A stretch of 64,000 nt of DNA from Propionibacteriaceae bacterium (GCA_035535875.1 DATLPF010000053.1:681-64680), one strand, 5' to 3'; shown: positions 19,248 to 29,627, counted from the first letter of the stretch. Program-made: numbers and translations. The notes: generated from the letters alone by a model not told the origin.

Positions 19248-19339
19248 TCCCGCAGAATCGCACGCGAGGCGACGCTACGATCGCAGTGCCACGCACGAAT
19301 CTCGCGGGCGGACGGCTGCTCGAGTGAGGTTCTGCGGAA
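19248..19339. repeat. 92-bp element with 21-bp imperfect terminal inverted repeats (family B, right copy)
   Basis: TCCCGCAGAATCGCACGCGAG...CTCGAGTGAGGTTCTGCGGAA, 17/21 complementary, 50-bp spacer; separated from the DUF559 stop codon by 1 nt. Confidence 0.85.
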
Positions 19340-19411
19340 GTTGCAGGAGGGTTTACCTGGCGTGAGTAGGGTAGGCCGCTCGGAATCGCGCTCGAGCGGA
19401 AGGACGAAACC

Positions 19412-21664
19412 ATGGTCGAGCGTGCTAACTGCGTGATCGCCCTTCGGTCGGAGGGCGTCTCGCTTCTGCTCGACGTCTCAGGCGGGCAGCTGCCCGCAAT
19501 CGTGCACTGGGGTGCGGACCTGGGGACTCTCGAACTCGCCGACGCTGAGGCGCTCATCCTTTCCAACATTGACCCCGGTGGCGCAAACGTCGTCGACGAG
19601 CCGGTCCGTCTCGCAATCTTGCCTGAGCACTGGACGGGCTGGGTGGGTCGCCCGGGCCTGAGCGGGTCTAGAGGCGGCCGAGCATGGTCCCCCAAGTTCA
19701 CCTCGACGGAGGTCCGGGTCGACGGCAAACCGGTGATCGCCACGGACGGCCCGGCTACGGTGATCAACGCGGGGATGGCATCGGTGGAGGTGGAGGCGGC
19801 CGACGAGGTGGCCCGGCTTTGGCTACATATCACCATCGAGCTGACGACGGGTGGGCTGATCAGGGCACGCGCCGAAGTGATCAACACCGGCGATGATCCG
19901 TACGCCGTAGGCGATTGTGTGCTCGCGTTCCCGATCCCGCAGAATGCCCAGGAAATCCTGGATTTCGCCGGGCATTGGGGCAAGGAGCGAGTACCGCAAC
20001 GGCGACTGCTTACTGTAGGCGCGCATGTACGTGAGGGGCGAAAGGGCCGGACAGGACCGGACGCAGCCACCCTGCTCCATGTCGGGGTACCGGGATTCAC
20101 ATTCGCCGACGGAGAGATCTGGGCCGTGCATACCGCGTGGAGCGGAAACCACACGCACTATGCGGAGAGGCTTTTCACCGGCGCGCAGGTGATCGGCGGT
20201 GGGGAACTGCTGTTGCCCGGGGAAGTGATCCTGCAGGCTGGCCAGACCTACCGCACCCCATGGATCTACGGCTCGTACGCACGCGGGCTCGATGCGCTGG
20301 CTCGGCGTTTCCACCGCTTCCTCCGCTCCCGGGAGAACCACCCTTCGGCCACCCGTCCGGTGACACTGAACGTGTGGGAGGCGGTCTATTTCGATCATGA
20401 TCTGGACCACCTAGCTGAGCTTGCCGAGTGCGCTGCAGCCATTGGCGTGGAGCGCTATGTGCTGGATGATGGCTGGTTCGGGGCCCGCCGAGATGATCAT
20501 GCCGGGCTCGGTGACTGGACCGTCTCCACGGCGGTATGGCCGCATGGACTGCATCCCTTGGTGGACAAGGTGACCGGGCTGGGCATGGAGTTCGGTCTCT
20601 GGTTCGAGCCCGAGATGATCAACCTGGATTCTGCAATCGCTCGCGCCCATCCAGATTGGATCATGTCCACCGGTGACCGGCTGCCCGTCGAGTCCCGCCA
20701 TCAGCAAGTGATCAACTTGGGACTACCGGAGTGCTATGCCTACATCCGGGATGCGATGTTCGACATCCTCACCGAGTACAAGATCAGCTACATCAAATGG
20801 GATCACAATCGCGACTTGATCGATGCTGGCAGCGCCCCAGACGGCCGGCCCGGGGTCCACGAGCAGACCTTGGCCTTCTACCGGCTCGTTGACGAGATCA
20901 AGGCCGCGCATCCCGGACTGGAGATTGAGACCTGCTCCTCCGGCGGTGCCCGCGTTGATCTTGGTGTATTAGAACGGACCGACCGCATCTGGGTGAGCGA
21001 CTGCATCGATCCACTGGAGCGGCAGCAGATGAACCGCTGGACTTCGCAGCTGGTCCCGCTGGAGCTGCTGGGCTCGCATATCGCGTCGGGTCGCTCCCAC
21101 ACCACTGGCCGGGTGCACGACCTATCCTTCCGTGCCGCGACGGCGATCTTCGGGCACTTTGGGATGGAATGGGACATCTCGGCTGCGACAGCCCAAGAGC
21201 TGGCCCAGCTCAAGGAGTGGATCAGCTTCTACAAAGCCAACCGAGGGCTGCTGATGGGCGGCGACCTGGTGCGCCTCGACTTCCCAGACCCCAACCTCCT
21301 CGCGTACGGCGTGATCGCCCCCGATCGCTCGTCGGCGATCTACACCGTCGTCTCGATGGGTCGATCAGAGGTCATGCTGCCTGGCCGCCTCCGTTTCCCG
21401 GGTTTGGATCCAGACCGGCGCTACCGTATCCGTCCCATCCCGGTCGGAAGCCCACCATCGGGCTTGAATCCACCTCCATGGTGGCGGGCCATCACGACAG
21501 AGTTCGAGCCGTCAGGCGAACGCCGCGCGCTCGGCTGGGGTCTGCCCCCAGACGGGGGCGACGGCCTGGTGCTCTCTGGTGCTGCGTTGGCATCGACCGG
21601 AGTGATGGCCGCCGACATTCATCCCGAGCATGCGATCCTCTATCGCGTGGAGGCGCTTGACTGA
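19412..21664 (+). CDS. GH36 alpha-galactosidase
   Basis: NVWEAVYF, LDDGWF, FGLWFEPEM, YIKWDHNR, CSSGGARVD, WVSD all intact. Confidence 0.95.
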   Translation: MVERANCVIALRSEGVSLLLDVSGGQLPAIVHWGADLGTLELADAEALILSNIDPGGANVVDEPVRLAILPEHWTGWVGRPGLSGSRGGRAWSPKFTSTEVRVDGKPVIATDGPATVINAGMASVEVEAADEVARLWLHITIELTTGGLIRARAEVINTGDDPYAVGDCVLAFPIPQNAQEILDFAGHWGKERVPQRRLLTVGAHVREGRKGRTGPDAATLLHVGVPGFTFADGEIWAVHTAWSGNHTHYAERLFTGAQVIGGGELLLPGEVILQAGQTYRTPWIYGSYARGLDALARRFHRFLRSRENHPSATRPVTLNVWEAVYFDHDLDHLAELAECAAAIGVERYVLDDGWFGARRDDHAGLGDWTVSTAVWPHGLHPLVDKVTGLGMEFGLWFEPEMINLDSAIARAHPDWIMSTGDRLPVESRHQQVINLGLPECYAYIRDAMFDILTEYKISYIKWDHNRDLIDAGSAPDGRPGVHEQTLAFYRLVDEIKAAHPGLEIETCSSGGARVDLGVLERTDRIWVSDCIDPLERQQMNRWTSQLVPLELLGSHIASGRSHTTGRVHDLSFRAATAIFGHFGMEWDISAATAQELAQLKEWISFYKANRGLLMGGDLVRLDFPDPNLLAYGVIAPDRSSAIYTVVSMGRSEVMLPGRLRFPGLDPDRRYRIRPIPVGSPPSGLNPPPWWRAITTEFEPSGERRALGWGLPPDGGDGLVLSGAALASTGVMAADIHPEHAILYRVEALD

Positions 21665-22872
21665 TCCACGGCCAGGGCTGTTGCGATGCTCGGGGCGAGA
21701 GGCAATCGCGGGATCAATGTTGCCTGCACCGCGTGATACAGATCCGGCTTACCAGGCCAGACGGTCTCGATGACGTGATTGCTGGCGTCGAGCTGATGGT
21801 GCCAGGAGCCGTACGTCCGATCGAACAGGTAGCGCTCGGCGTACGCCCACCAGGTCGCGGCTAGGTTGGCATAGCGATCGTCGCCGGTCCGTCTCAGTAG
21901 CGCCGCGGCCGCGGCGATTGCCTCGGCGACCACCCAGTGCATCCGGTCTCGGACCATCGGCGTGCCTTCCCAATCGGTGGTGTAGATGAAGCCGTCCGCA
22001 CCATCGACCGCCCAGCCGTCGACTACCGCACGATCGAAGAGCGCCTCGGCGGCCGGCAGCAGCCAGTCCGGCGGGTCGGCCAGAGACGCCTCGAGATGCA
22101 GCAGCAATCTCGACCATTCCAGACCGTGTCCGACAGTGGCCCCGTATGGCTGAAACTGGTCGTCCGGGCGATCCCGGTTGTGCTCGAGCTGCGGCTCCCA
22201 ATTCGAATTGAAGTGTTCGGGAATCCGCCAGGAATGCGGCTGAGCGAACTCCAGCGCCACCCGGCGAGCAATTTCGAGAGCACGCGCGCGCCACACATGA
22301 TCACCAGTCACGTCCGCTGCGGCCAGCAAGGCTTCGACCGCATGCATGTTGCCATTGACCCCGCGGTAGTCGTCGAGGTGGGAGAAGTCGCGGTTCCAGG
22401 AGTCGACGAACATGCCGGCAGCGTCGTCGAAGAACCGTTGGTCCCAGATGTCGAGCGCTTTGGAGAGCAGATCGCGAGCGCCGGACAACCCAGCGACGGT
22501 GCCGGACGAGGCCGCCAGCACCACGAAGGCATGCGTGTAGCACGCCTTTTCGTCCGGACTCTGGCCTGTGGTGTCGATGCTGGTCACCCAGCCGCCGCTC
22601 GCGTTGTCCCGTAGCCGGCCGGTCAGACCAGCCAACGCCTGCGCCGCCAGATCCGCATTCCCGGATCGTCCGAGCAAATGACCGAGCACATAGACATGAA
22701 CCATCCGGGCGGTGATCCATGTGTAGACGGGCCGAGTCAGGTCCGGTTGGCCAGTTGCGTCGAGCCAGGCAGCGCCGCCGAGCGGGTGCGGAAAGTGGCC
22801 GCCGAAGTTGAGGAGTCGGTCGCATTCGGTGGCGAGCGCAGAGATAGGGATGCCGAGGTCTGGTGAGGACAT
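21640..22872 (-). CDS. AGE-family epimerase/isomerase (YihS/mannose isomerase-like)
   Basis: WITARMVH, YTHAFV, YRGVNGNMH.VE, PEHF, TVGHGLEW, WV.AE, SWHHQL, KPDLYH. Confidence 0.92.
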   Translation of the reverse strand: MSSPDLGIPISALATECDRLLNFGGHFPHPLGGAAWLDATGQPDLTRPVYTWITARMVHVYVLGHLLGRSGNADLAAQALAGLTGRLRDNASGGWVTSIDTTGQSPDEKACYTHAFVVLAASSGTVAGLSGARDLLSKALDIWDQRFFDDAAGMFVDSWNRDFSHLDDYRGVNGNMHAVEALLAAADVTGDHVWRARALEIARRVALEFAQPHSWRIPEHFNSNWEPQLEHNRDRPDDQFQPYGATVGHGLEWSRLLLHLEASLADPPDWLLPAAEALFDRAVVDGWAVDGADGFIYTTDWEGTPMVRDRMHWVVAEAIAAAAALLRRTGDDRYANLAATWWAYAERYLFDRTYGSWHHQLDASNHVIETVWPGKPDLYHAVQATLIPRLPLAPSIATALAVDQSSASTR

Positions 22873-22916
22873 GCCCTTAAGGTAGCGGCGGCGGCGTGGC
22901 TGACAAGATAACCGCT

Positions 22917-25388
22917 ATGACCCAGACCACAGCAGTTGATCATGAAGCAGAAGTCGCTGGCAGGCTGTCGCAGTTGAGCCTGGAGCAAAAAATTCGGCTG
23001 ATGACCGGCGCGGACATCTGGGCATTGCATCCGATCCCCGAGATTGGCCTGCGGCGTCTTGTCACCTCCGACGGGCCGGCGGGGGTTCGTGGCGAGACCT
23101 GGGACGAGCGAAGCCCGTCTGCGAATGTGCCCTCACCTACCGCATTGGCCGCGAGCTGGGATCCGGTCCGTGTCGAGCGGATGGGCCGACTGCTCGCCAG
23201 CGAGGCGCGCCGCAAGGGCGTCGATGCATTGCTGGCCCCCACCGTCAACCTGCATCGGACTCCGTTCGGCGGTCGGCACTTCGAGTGCTTCAGCGAGGAT
23301 CCCGAGCTCACGGCCATGATCGGCATCGCGTACGTCCAAGGGCTGCAGGCCGAAGGCGTGGCCGCCACTGTCAAGCACTTTGTAGCCAATGATTCCGAGA
23401 CCGATCGGTTCAGCGTCAACGCACTGGTCGACGAGCGGGTCTTGCGAGAGCTCTATCTCACGCCGTTCGAGCGCATTGTCGCTGCCGGGGTCTGGGCGGT
23501 CATGGCCGCGTACAACAAAGTCAACGGGACGACGATGACGGAGAACCCGCTGCAACGCGACTTGCTCAAGCGCGAGTGGGCGTTCGACGGCGTGATCATG
23601 TCCGACTGGTACGCCACCCGCTCGGTGGCAGCTGCTGGTGAGGACCTGCTGGATCTGGCGATGCCCGGACCCGAAAGTCCCTGGACCGAAGGACTGCTTG
23701 AGGCGGTTCGGTCTGGTCAGATCTCCGAATCTGCTGTGGACGGGCACGTACTGCGCATTCTGCGACTGGCGGCTCGGGTCGGCGCACTTGATGGGCTCGA
23801 ACCGGCGACGCCACCGGCGCGGCGCTGGAGCGAGGAGGAGTTGAGCTCCGAGCTGCGGGCAGCCTCGGCGGCCGGCATGGTGTTGATCAAGAACGACGGC
23901 ACACTTCCGCTCGGGGGGAATTCAGTCAAGCAAGTCGCTGTGATCGGGCCGAATGCGGCGACGGCGCGAACCCTGGGTGGTGGTAGTGCCACCGTTTTTC
24001 CGTCCTACGTCATCTCTCCGCTTGACGGGCTGCGTGACGCCCTCGGTGAAGGGATTGAGGTTGTCAACGCATTGGGCGTCCGCAGTAGTGAGCGCATCGA
24101 AATCGCCTCGAAGGAGCTGCTGCGGCTCCCGGATGGCAGCGGCCCTGGCGTCGAAGTGATCTTCTTCGATGCAGAGGACCGTGAGCTGGGTCGGGAGCAG
24201 CGACAGGCAGCCAGCATGATGTGGTGGGGTCGGGTGCAGGAGGGTCTGACCGCCGGTCAAATTGATCATCTACAGCTGACTACCCGGTTGCGAGTGCCCG
24301 AATCTGGTCGCTACAGCGTCGGCGCCTCCGGTCTAGGCGAATTCCGGCTGGTGATCGACGGCGAGGTTGTGGTCGACGAGGCGATTGAACTCCCCCCTGG
24401 TGCCGATGTGGTCGAAGGAATCATGAAGCCGCCACAGCAGCGCGCGATCGTGGAAATGGACGCTGGGCGGGAGGTGCCGGTCGAGCTCATCTATCGACCG
24501 ACGGGCGGAGCTGCGGTGCTGGGTGGTGCCGATGTGACGATGCTGACCGTGCAGCTCAATGTCGCGCCGGTACTTGACGAGCAGGAGGAGTTCGATCGCG
24601 CGATCGCCTTGGCAGGCGATTCGGATGTCGTCGTGGTCGTGGTCGGCACCAATGAGGAGGTAGAGAGCGAGGGCTTCGACCGGACCAGCCTGGAGCTGCC
24701 GGGCCGGCAAGACGAGCTGGTCAGCGCCGTCGCCGCTGTCAACCCGCGAACCGTCGTGGTGGTGAACGCAGGCGCGCCCGTGCTGCTGCCGTGGGCGAAC
24801 GAGGTGGCTGCTGTGTTGGTGTCGTGGTTCCCGGGGCAGGAGGCCGGCCAAGCCTTGGGCGACGTGCTGAGCGGGGCAGCCGAGCCGGGCGGACGGCTGC
24901 CGGTGACCTGGCCGAACACTGAGGAAGGGCTGCCGTCGGTGCAGCCGATGAGTGGCGAGCTGCCCTACGACGAGGGCTTGCTAATCGGCTACCGCTGGTA
25001 TCTCGCGACCGGCCGTACGCCGCTTTTCCCCTTCGGGCACGGGCTGGGTTACACCACGTGGGCCTACGAGGGAATGGCGGTCGATGGCGACACCGTGACG
25101 GTCAGCGTCCGCAACACTGGCAATCGGCCGGGTCGTGAGGTCATACAGCTGTACGCCAGCCGACCCGACAGTGCCGTGGAGCGGGCTCCGCGCTGGCTCG
25201 TCGGCTCGGCGGTTGTGGACGCGGCGGCCGGAGAGGTGGCGAACGCGGCCATCACCCTGGCTGACCGTAACTTCCGACACTGGGACAGCTCCGCCCACAC
25301 CTGGACGATCGAGCCCGGCACCTACCAGCTGCAAGCCGGCCACTCGGTCGTGGACCTGCCACTGACGAGCGAGATCTCCCGCGGCTAG
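22917..25388 (+). CDS. GH3 beta-glucosidase with PA14-like insert and Fn3 domain
   Basis: SDGPAGVRG, GRHFE.FSEDP, KHFVAND, MSDW, ESEGFDR, PFGHGLGY. Confidence 0.95.
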   Translation: MTQTTAVDHEAEVAGRLSQLSLEQKIRLMTGADIWALHPIPEIGLRRLVTSDGPAGVRGETWDERSPSANVPSPTALAASWDPVRVERMGRLLASEARRKGVDALLAPTVNLHRTPFGGRHFECFSEDPELTAMIGIAYVQGLQAEGVAATVKHFVANDSETDRFSVNALVDERVLRELYLTPFERIVAAGVWAVMAAYNKVNGTTMTENPLQRDLLKREWAFDGVIMSDWYATRSVAAAGEDLLDLAMPGPESPWTEGLLEAVRSGQISESAVDGHVLRILRLAARVGALDGLEPATPPARRWSEEELSSELRAASAAGMVLIKNDGTLPLGGNSVKQVAVIGPNAATARTLGGGSATVFPSYVISPLDGLRDALGEGIEVVNALGVRSSERIEIASKELLRLPDGSGPGVEVIFFDAEDRELGREQRQAASMMWWGRVQEGLTAGQIDHLQLTTRLRVPESGRYSVGASGLGEFRLVIDGEVVVDEAIELPPGADVVEGIMKPPQQRAIVEMDAGREVPVELIYRPTGGAAVLGGADVTMLTVQLNVAPVLDEQEEFDRAIALAGDSDVVVVVVGTNEEVESEGFDRTSLELPGRQDELVSAVAAVNPRTVVVVNAGAPVLLPWANEVAAVLVSWFPGQEAGQALGDVLSGAAEPGGRLPVTWPNTEEGLPSVQPMSGELPYDEGLLIGYRWYLATGRTPLFPFGHGLGYTTWAYEGMAVDGDTVTVSVRNTGNRPGREVIQLYASRPDSAVERAPRWLVGSAVVDAAAGEVANAAITLADRNFRHWDSSAHTWTIEPGTYQLQAGHSVVDLPLTSEISRG

Positions 25389-25444
25389 CCACAAGTCCTG
25401 CCCACGCAGAACTCGGTCGCGTACACCACGACTCGATCCCGGAG

Positions 25445-25532
25445 GAAACCTGGGTTAACCCACTCTTCGGACACTTCACACAGGTTGCGACATGTGCAAA
25501 GTGACTGCAACGTGGGTTAACCAGTTTCTGCG
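25445..25532. repeat. About 90-bp inverted-repeat element with GGTTAACCCAC arms (family D)
   Basis: GAAACCTGGGTTAACCCAC...GTGGGTTAACCAGTTTCTGCG between convergent genes; homologous partial copy at 59483. Confidence 0.8.
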
Positions 25533-25614
25533 CGAGAGAGCGACTCGAAGTTGTAAGCCCAACGGCCCCCGAGCGTCTCGAGGTCGGCCAAGGAGTTGGG
25601 CAGCGCAATGGCTC

Positions 25615-26361
25615 TCAGCGGAGCGGGGCGCGAAGCAGGATCTCGTTGGTGTCAGACTGACGAATCTCCAGGTCGGCAATCTGAGACACCTGCAACGGAG
25701 TTGTGCCGCTCGGTCGCATCTGCTTGTTGGGCGTGGCTGGCCATTCTTTGATTTCCGAAGCGGCACCCGACCGGTCGACGACGAAGATCGAATAGGTCTC
25801 ATGACTGCCACCGGGCCGCGGATCGTTAACTTCTGCGTACACGCATTCCACCTTGATCTGGGTGCCGTCCTGGACCGGGATGACATCAGCGATTGCAGTA
25901 ATCCCCGATGGGGCGACTGGTGAGAAGGCGACCCGATGCGGTTCCTCCGGTCCCAGGGGGAGCAGCCCGGTTCCGACCGCTATCCCGCCGATCAAGAGGA
26001 CAACGGCCGCCGCGATCCCCGCGGCTGCGGCCACGACCCGACGCCGTCGCGTCCGCACCGTCTTGATCATCTTCGGTAGCAGCGAGGGCGGCGGTCCCTG
26101 ATCGATCACATCGGCCTGGGCAGCACCCAACTCTGACGTTTCGGCGTACCCCGCGCTGTCATCCGCCAACGACAACATCGCTGCGTCCGCTGGTGAGATC
26201 TGCGCCAGCAGGCCAGGAAGGGCAGCCAGTTCCGATACGGCCGCCTGGCAGGGGGGACAGCTGGCCAGATGCTCCTCGAACTCTCGTCGCTCGGCAGGAG
26301 AAAGGCCGCCCAGCACGTACGCGGCATCCCACTGCGCGAACTTGTCGGGGATTGCATTCAC
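25615..26361 (-). CDS. zf-HC2 (ZAS) membrane anti-sigma factor
   Basis: DAAYVLG.LSPAERREFEEHLASCPPC (Hx3Cx2C), TM helix; GTGA overlap with the sigma gene. Confidence 0.92.
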   Translation of the reverse strand: MNAIPDKFAQWDAAYVLGGLSPAERREFEEHLASCPPCQAAVSELAALPGLLAQISPADAAMLSLADDSAGYAETSELGAAQADVIDQGPPPSLLPKMIKTVRTRRRRVVAAAAGIAAAVVLLIGGIAVGTGLLPLGPEEPHRVAFSPVAPSGITAIADVIPVQDGTQIKVECVYAEVNDPRPGGSHETYSIFVVDRSGAASEIKEWPATPNKQMRPSGTTPLQVSQIADLEIRQSDTNEILLRAPLR

Positions 26362-26945
26362 GGCCGAGTCACTCCTTTCTCCTGTAGTGCCAACCTGAGA
26401 GTTCTGAGTCCGTAGTGCAGCCGGGACTTGACGGTGCCTTCTGGGATTCGGAGGCGGGCGGAGATCTCGGCCACCGATCTGCCCTCGTAATAGGCGGCGT
26501 TGATCACGGAGCGATGCTCCAGGGACAGGCTGCCAAGCGCCTCCGCGATCAACCATCGGTCGAGTACGACACTGGTCGCGTCGCCGGCGCTTTCCTCTGG
26601 CGGATCCTCCATCCGTTGCTCGTGCCGCGACGCCGCACTACGCCAGCGGTCGATGATCAGGTTCCGGGACGCCGTGAACAACCAGGCGCGCGCTGCAGCA
26701 TCGTCGCGCTGCCCGAGGTTGGGATCCTTCCACGCCTTGAGCAGCACCTCCTGGACGACGTCCTCGGATAGCTGGCGATCCCGGGTCAGCCGCATGGCGA
26801 AACGCCACAGCTCGCTCGCGTGTCGGTCGTGCAACTCCTGCAGCGCGGCCTCACGCTGTCCGCCGACCACCGAGCCTCCCTCTGACCTCACGCCCGCTGT
26901 CGTCCGCAGGCTCACTGCCATAGCCACTCTTTGCCCTGCCCTCAT
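26358..26945 (-). CDS. ECF RNA polymerase sigma factor (SigL-like)
   Basis: EDVVQE.LLKAW, AWLF..SRNL.ID.WR, GTVKSRLHYGLR; exact start uncertain. Confidence 0.93.
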   Translation of the reverse strand: MRAGQRVAMAVSLRTTAGVRSEGGSVVGGQREAALQELHDRHASELWRFAMRLTRDRQLSEDVVQEVLLKAWKDPNLGQRDDAAARAWLFTASRNLIIDRWRSAASRHEQRMEDPPEESAGDATSVVLDRWLIAEALGSLSLEHRSVINAAYYEGRSVAEISARLRIPEGTVKSRLHYGLRTLRLALQEKGVTRP

Positions 26946-26959
26946 CTTTCACCGATGAG

Positions 26960-26985
26960 GACGACAGCGGCGTGTTCTCAGTTCA
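26960..26985 (-). promoter_or_regulatory. Putative autoregulatory ECF promoter TGAACT-N16-CGTC
   Basis: Matches the actinobacterial SigL-type TGAAC..CGT pattern directly upstream of the sigma gene. Confidence 0.6.
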
Positions 26986-27113
26986 ACCCTGCTCAATCCG
27001 GACAAGGTCGTCTGAAACTTGTAACCGGTCGGAATCTAGACCATAGGTGGCCGCATTCGATCTCGAAAAATCCGCAATGGTCGGAAATTGAGCTCTGTGC
27101 GAGGGCAGTTAGC

Positions 27114-29438
27114 TCAGCCAACCTCGGCTCGTACGCTGGGCCGGTCAGCAGCCTGTGGGTGGGCGACGGCCAGGTGGTCACCCGGACACAGCACCAGGAG
27201 CGACTTGCCCTCATGCGGTTCGAGGGAGATGGAGAAGGTGTGCAGGTCGTCGACCTCACCCACCTCCTGATCGGTAAACATGTCGACCAGCGCGCTGCCT
27301 GGCACGAGATGTTCCGAACGGACGCTGCCGGAAATCGGATGTGCCGAGAAGTTCAGCACTGTGACCTGCTCGGCGTCGGTGAGCTGATGCACCATCACCA
27401 GCATGGCCTTGTTGGACGGCTGCGGCACATCTAGCTGGACGCTGGTCGCAATCCCGTACCGCTTGCGAACGGCCAGAATTTCGGCCAGACGGCGGGCGAA
27501 CGACGAGCTGTCCTGCAACTGGTCGCGCAGCGAGCCGTAGAGGCTGACGCCACGGGGCATCTTGGACAGCGACTCGTGAGCATGGGGCCGGTAGCCCATA
27601 AGGTCGTACGCCGCGCGGTGGATCCAGCGAGTGTCGCCATCTGCGAGGAGGCGGCTGACCTGCTTACGGTCCAGGGTGAGCATCCCGCATAGGTCCCAAC
27701 CAGACAGTGCGAAAACCCCTGGCTGCAGTGCGTTGAACATTGCGAGCAACAGGTGCGCCTGTTTGATCTGCTCCACCTGTTCTTCAGTGAGCTTGGCGAT
27801 GCTGGGGATGTCCAGCGAGGCGGCGATGATCGTCGCAGTGGTCGACGCGATGCCGTTCTCGGTGAAGGTTGCGTTGTACGGCGCTGCATCTCCGGTCAGA
27901 TGATCAAGAAGATCCTCACGGATGGTGACAGCAAGCTGGTGACCGGTGAGCTGCTGGCTGCGGAAAGTGAACAGATCTCGCGCATGCAGGGTTTCGAAGT
28001 GCACCAGCTCGTAGGTCATCTCGTCGTGGTTCTGTAGCGCGTGCACCAGCGAGGCGGCCTCTACGCCGTGCTCCATCGCGAGGTTGAGGGTGAGGCGTAC
28101 GAACTCGGTATCCGCGGTCGCGAGCGCGTGGTGATAGGCGGGACGGTTGACGAAGTCGTAGGAAAGATCGGCCCCACGCTCGGCGGAACTCTGGATGTCG
28201 TCGATGGTGAGGTTGAGTTCTTGGAAGGTGAAGCCGCCGACCTTGCGGACCATGCTGGCGATCAGCTGGTTGGCGGCTTCGGAAAGTGGATGGCCTTCCG
28301 ACCAGGCAGGCGAGTCCTCGGCACTCTTCTCCACACCAAGGAAGCCGTTGGCGTCGAGCCGCAGCGCGCCGCTACCAAGATCACCAAGTGAATGCAGCGC
28401 GTCGCCGATCACCAGTCGCATGCCGGCGAAACTCGGATCCAGCCAGTTGATCGACGGCTGGCCCTCCTTGAAGTAGTGCAGATAGACCCAACGGCGCTCC
28501 GCACCATCCGGTCCGCGTACCAGCGCTGTAGCGCTCCAGTTTGTGTCCTTGAAACCGGGCTCGTAGAAGATCACCCGCTGCATCCGCCCGATGATGTAGC
28601 CGTGCTTGGCCAGTTGATCTTCGGCCTCAAGATCGAGATTGATCGAATCGCCCTTGGACACCGTGGGTAGCAGATGCCAGTCCTCGGGGTCGATCTCGAC
28701 CATGTGGTAGATCCCCGGATAGTCGCCCACCTTCATTTCAGCCAGCCGGAAATCCGCGCCTTTGCCGGTGTGGCCCGGCACGATGTCGTCAATTACCATC
28801 CCGAGGTGGCCAGCCGCCACCTCGCACATCGACCGGAACTCTTCCTCGGTCCCAAATGCCTCGTCGATCTGTGTGCTGATCCGGTCAAAATGCCCATCGA
28901 CGCTCGGCGTGGAGTCCCAGCCCACTAGACCGCCAGCCTTCTTGACCGGACCGGTGTGTACGCCGTCGATGCCGATCGCCTCGAAAGCAGTCCACAGATC
29001 GTCGTCGCCAAGGGTGCCCAGGAATGAGGTGCCAGGTTTGGTGATCATGGAAATCGGATACGCCGTGAACCACACCGACGCCTTCTCGATGGCCGCCCGC
29101 GGATCCGGGTTGGCAAAGGGGTTCTGCCACATGCTGCCCTGGCCGGAGAACTGCCTGGCGAATGTCTTTGCGTCCTCGAGCATCGACTGCTCGATAAGCC
29201 AGTCGACGTACGCGGCATTGTCGCCACTCGGTTTTCCAACGCGCTCGACCTTCGGTTTCACCGAGAAGAGATCGCGCAGCCGACCCCTCGGTCGCAGCCG
29301 TTTGGGCCGTGCGGGATAGCGCTGCTCGTCGTAGCTGATCTCGCTTGCTGCGTGCACCAAAGGCGCCGCCTGGTCAGCGTTGGTCTCGCTTGCCTGCTGC
29401 GCTTCAGGTGCCGGTGGATCCGCGTCAATCTCACTCAT
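27114..29438 (-). CDS. treS: Maltose alpha-D-glucosyltransferase (P. stutzeri-type trehalose synthase, GH13)
   Basis: [44 protein letters not shown]. Confidence 0.9.
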   Translation of the reverse strand: MSEIDADPPAPEAQQASETNADQAAPLVHAASEISYDEQRYPARPKRLRPRGRLRDLFSVKPKVERVGKPSGDNAAYVDWLIEQSMLEDAKTFARQFSGQGSMWQNPFANPDPRAAIEKASVWFTAYPISMITKPGTSFLGTLGDDDLWTAFEAIGIDGVHTGPVKKAGGLVGWDSTPSVDGHFDRISTQIDEAFGTEEEFRSMCEVAAGHLGMVIDDIVPGHTGKGADFRLAEMKVGDYPGIYHMVEIDPEDWHLLPTVSKGDSINLDLEAEDQLAKHGYIIGRMQRVIFYEPGFKDTNWSATALVRGPDGAERRWVYLHYFKEGQPSINWLDPSFAGMRLVIGDALHSLGDLGSGALRLDANGFLGVEKSAEDSPAWSEGHPLSEAANQLIASMVRKVGGFTFQELNLTIDDIQSSAERGADLSYDFVNRPAYHHALATADTEFVRLTLNLAMEHGVEAASLVHALQNHDEMTYELVHFETLHARDLFTFRSQQLTGHQLAVTIREDLLDHLTGDAAPYNATFTENGIASTTATIIAASLDIPSIAKLTEEQVEQIKQAHLLLAMFNALQPGVFALSGWDLCGMLTLDRKQVSRLLADGDTRWIHRAAYDLMGYRPHAHESLSKMPRGVSLYGSLRDQLQDSSSFARRLAEILAVRKRYGIATSVQLDVPQPSNKAMLVMVHQLTDAEQVTVLNFSAHPISGSVRSEHLVPGSALVDMFTDQEVGEVDDLHTFSISLEPHEGKSLLVLCPGDHLAVAHPQAADRPSVRAEVG

Positions 29439-29516
29439 TGGCCCCCCTGTTCGCGCCGGTCTGGTCGGGACACTGCCGACGCTGCTCAGGCTAGTGCACG
29501 GTCCTTATTGGCACTC

Positions 29517-29627
29517 TGACAAGCTGTTCGGACGCTCCGACTCCTTGGTCGCTTGCGCTCTACCACAGAACCCGACACGTGGCCGCAGCCGCAAGCTCCT
29601 GCAGGAGTCGGAGCGAACAGCTCGTCA
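29517..29627. repeat. 111-bp long intergenic hairpin
   Basis: TGACAAGCTGTTCG(GACG)CTCCGACTCCT pairs with AGGAGTCGGAGCGAACAGCTCGTCA; inner GCTTGCG/CGCAAGC stem. Confidence 0.75.

Noticed and set aside
19123-20154. Long antisense ORFs (here and opposite most genes)
   Set aside because: Expected shadow ORFs in high-GC DNA, with no recognisable motifs.
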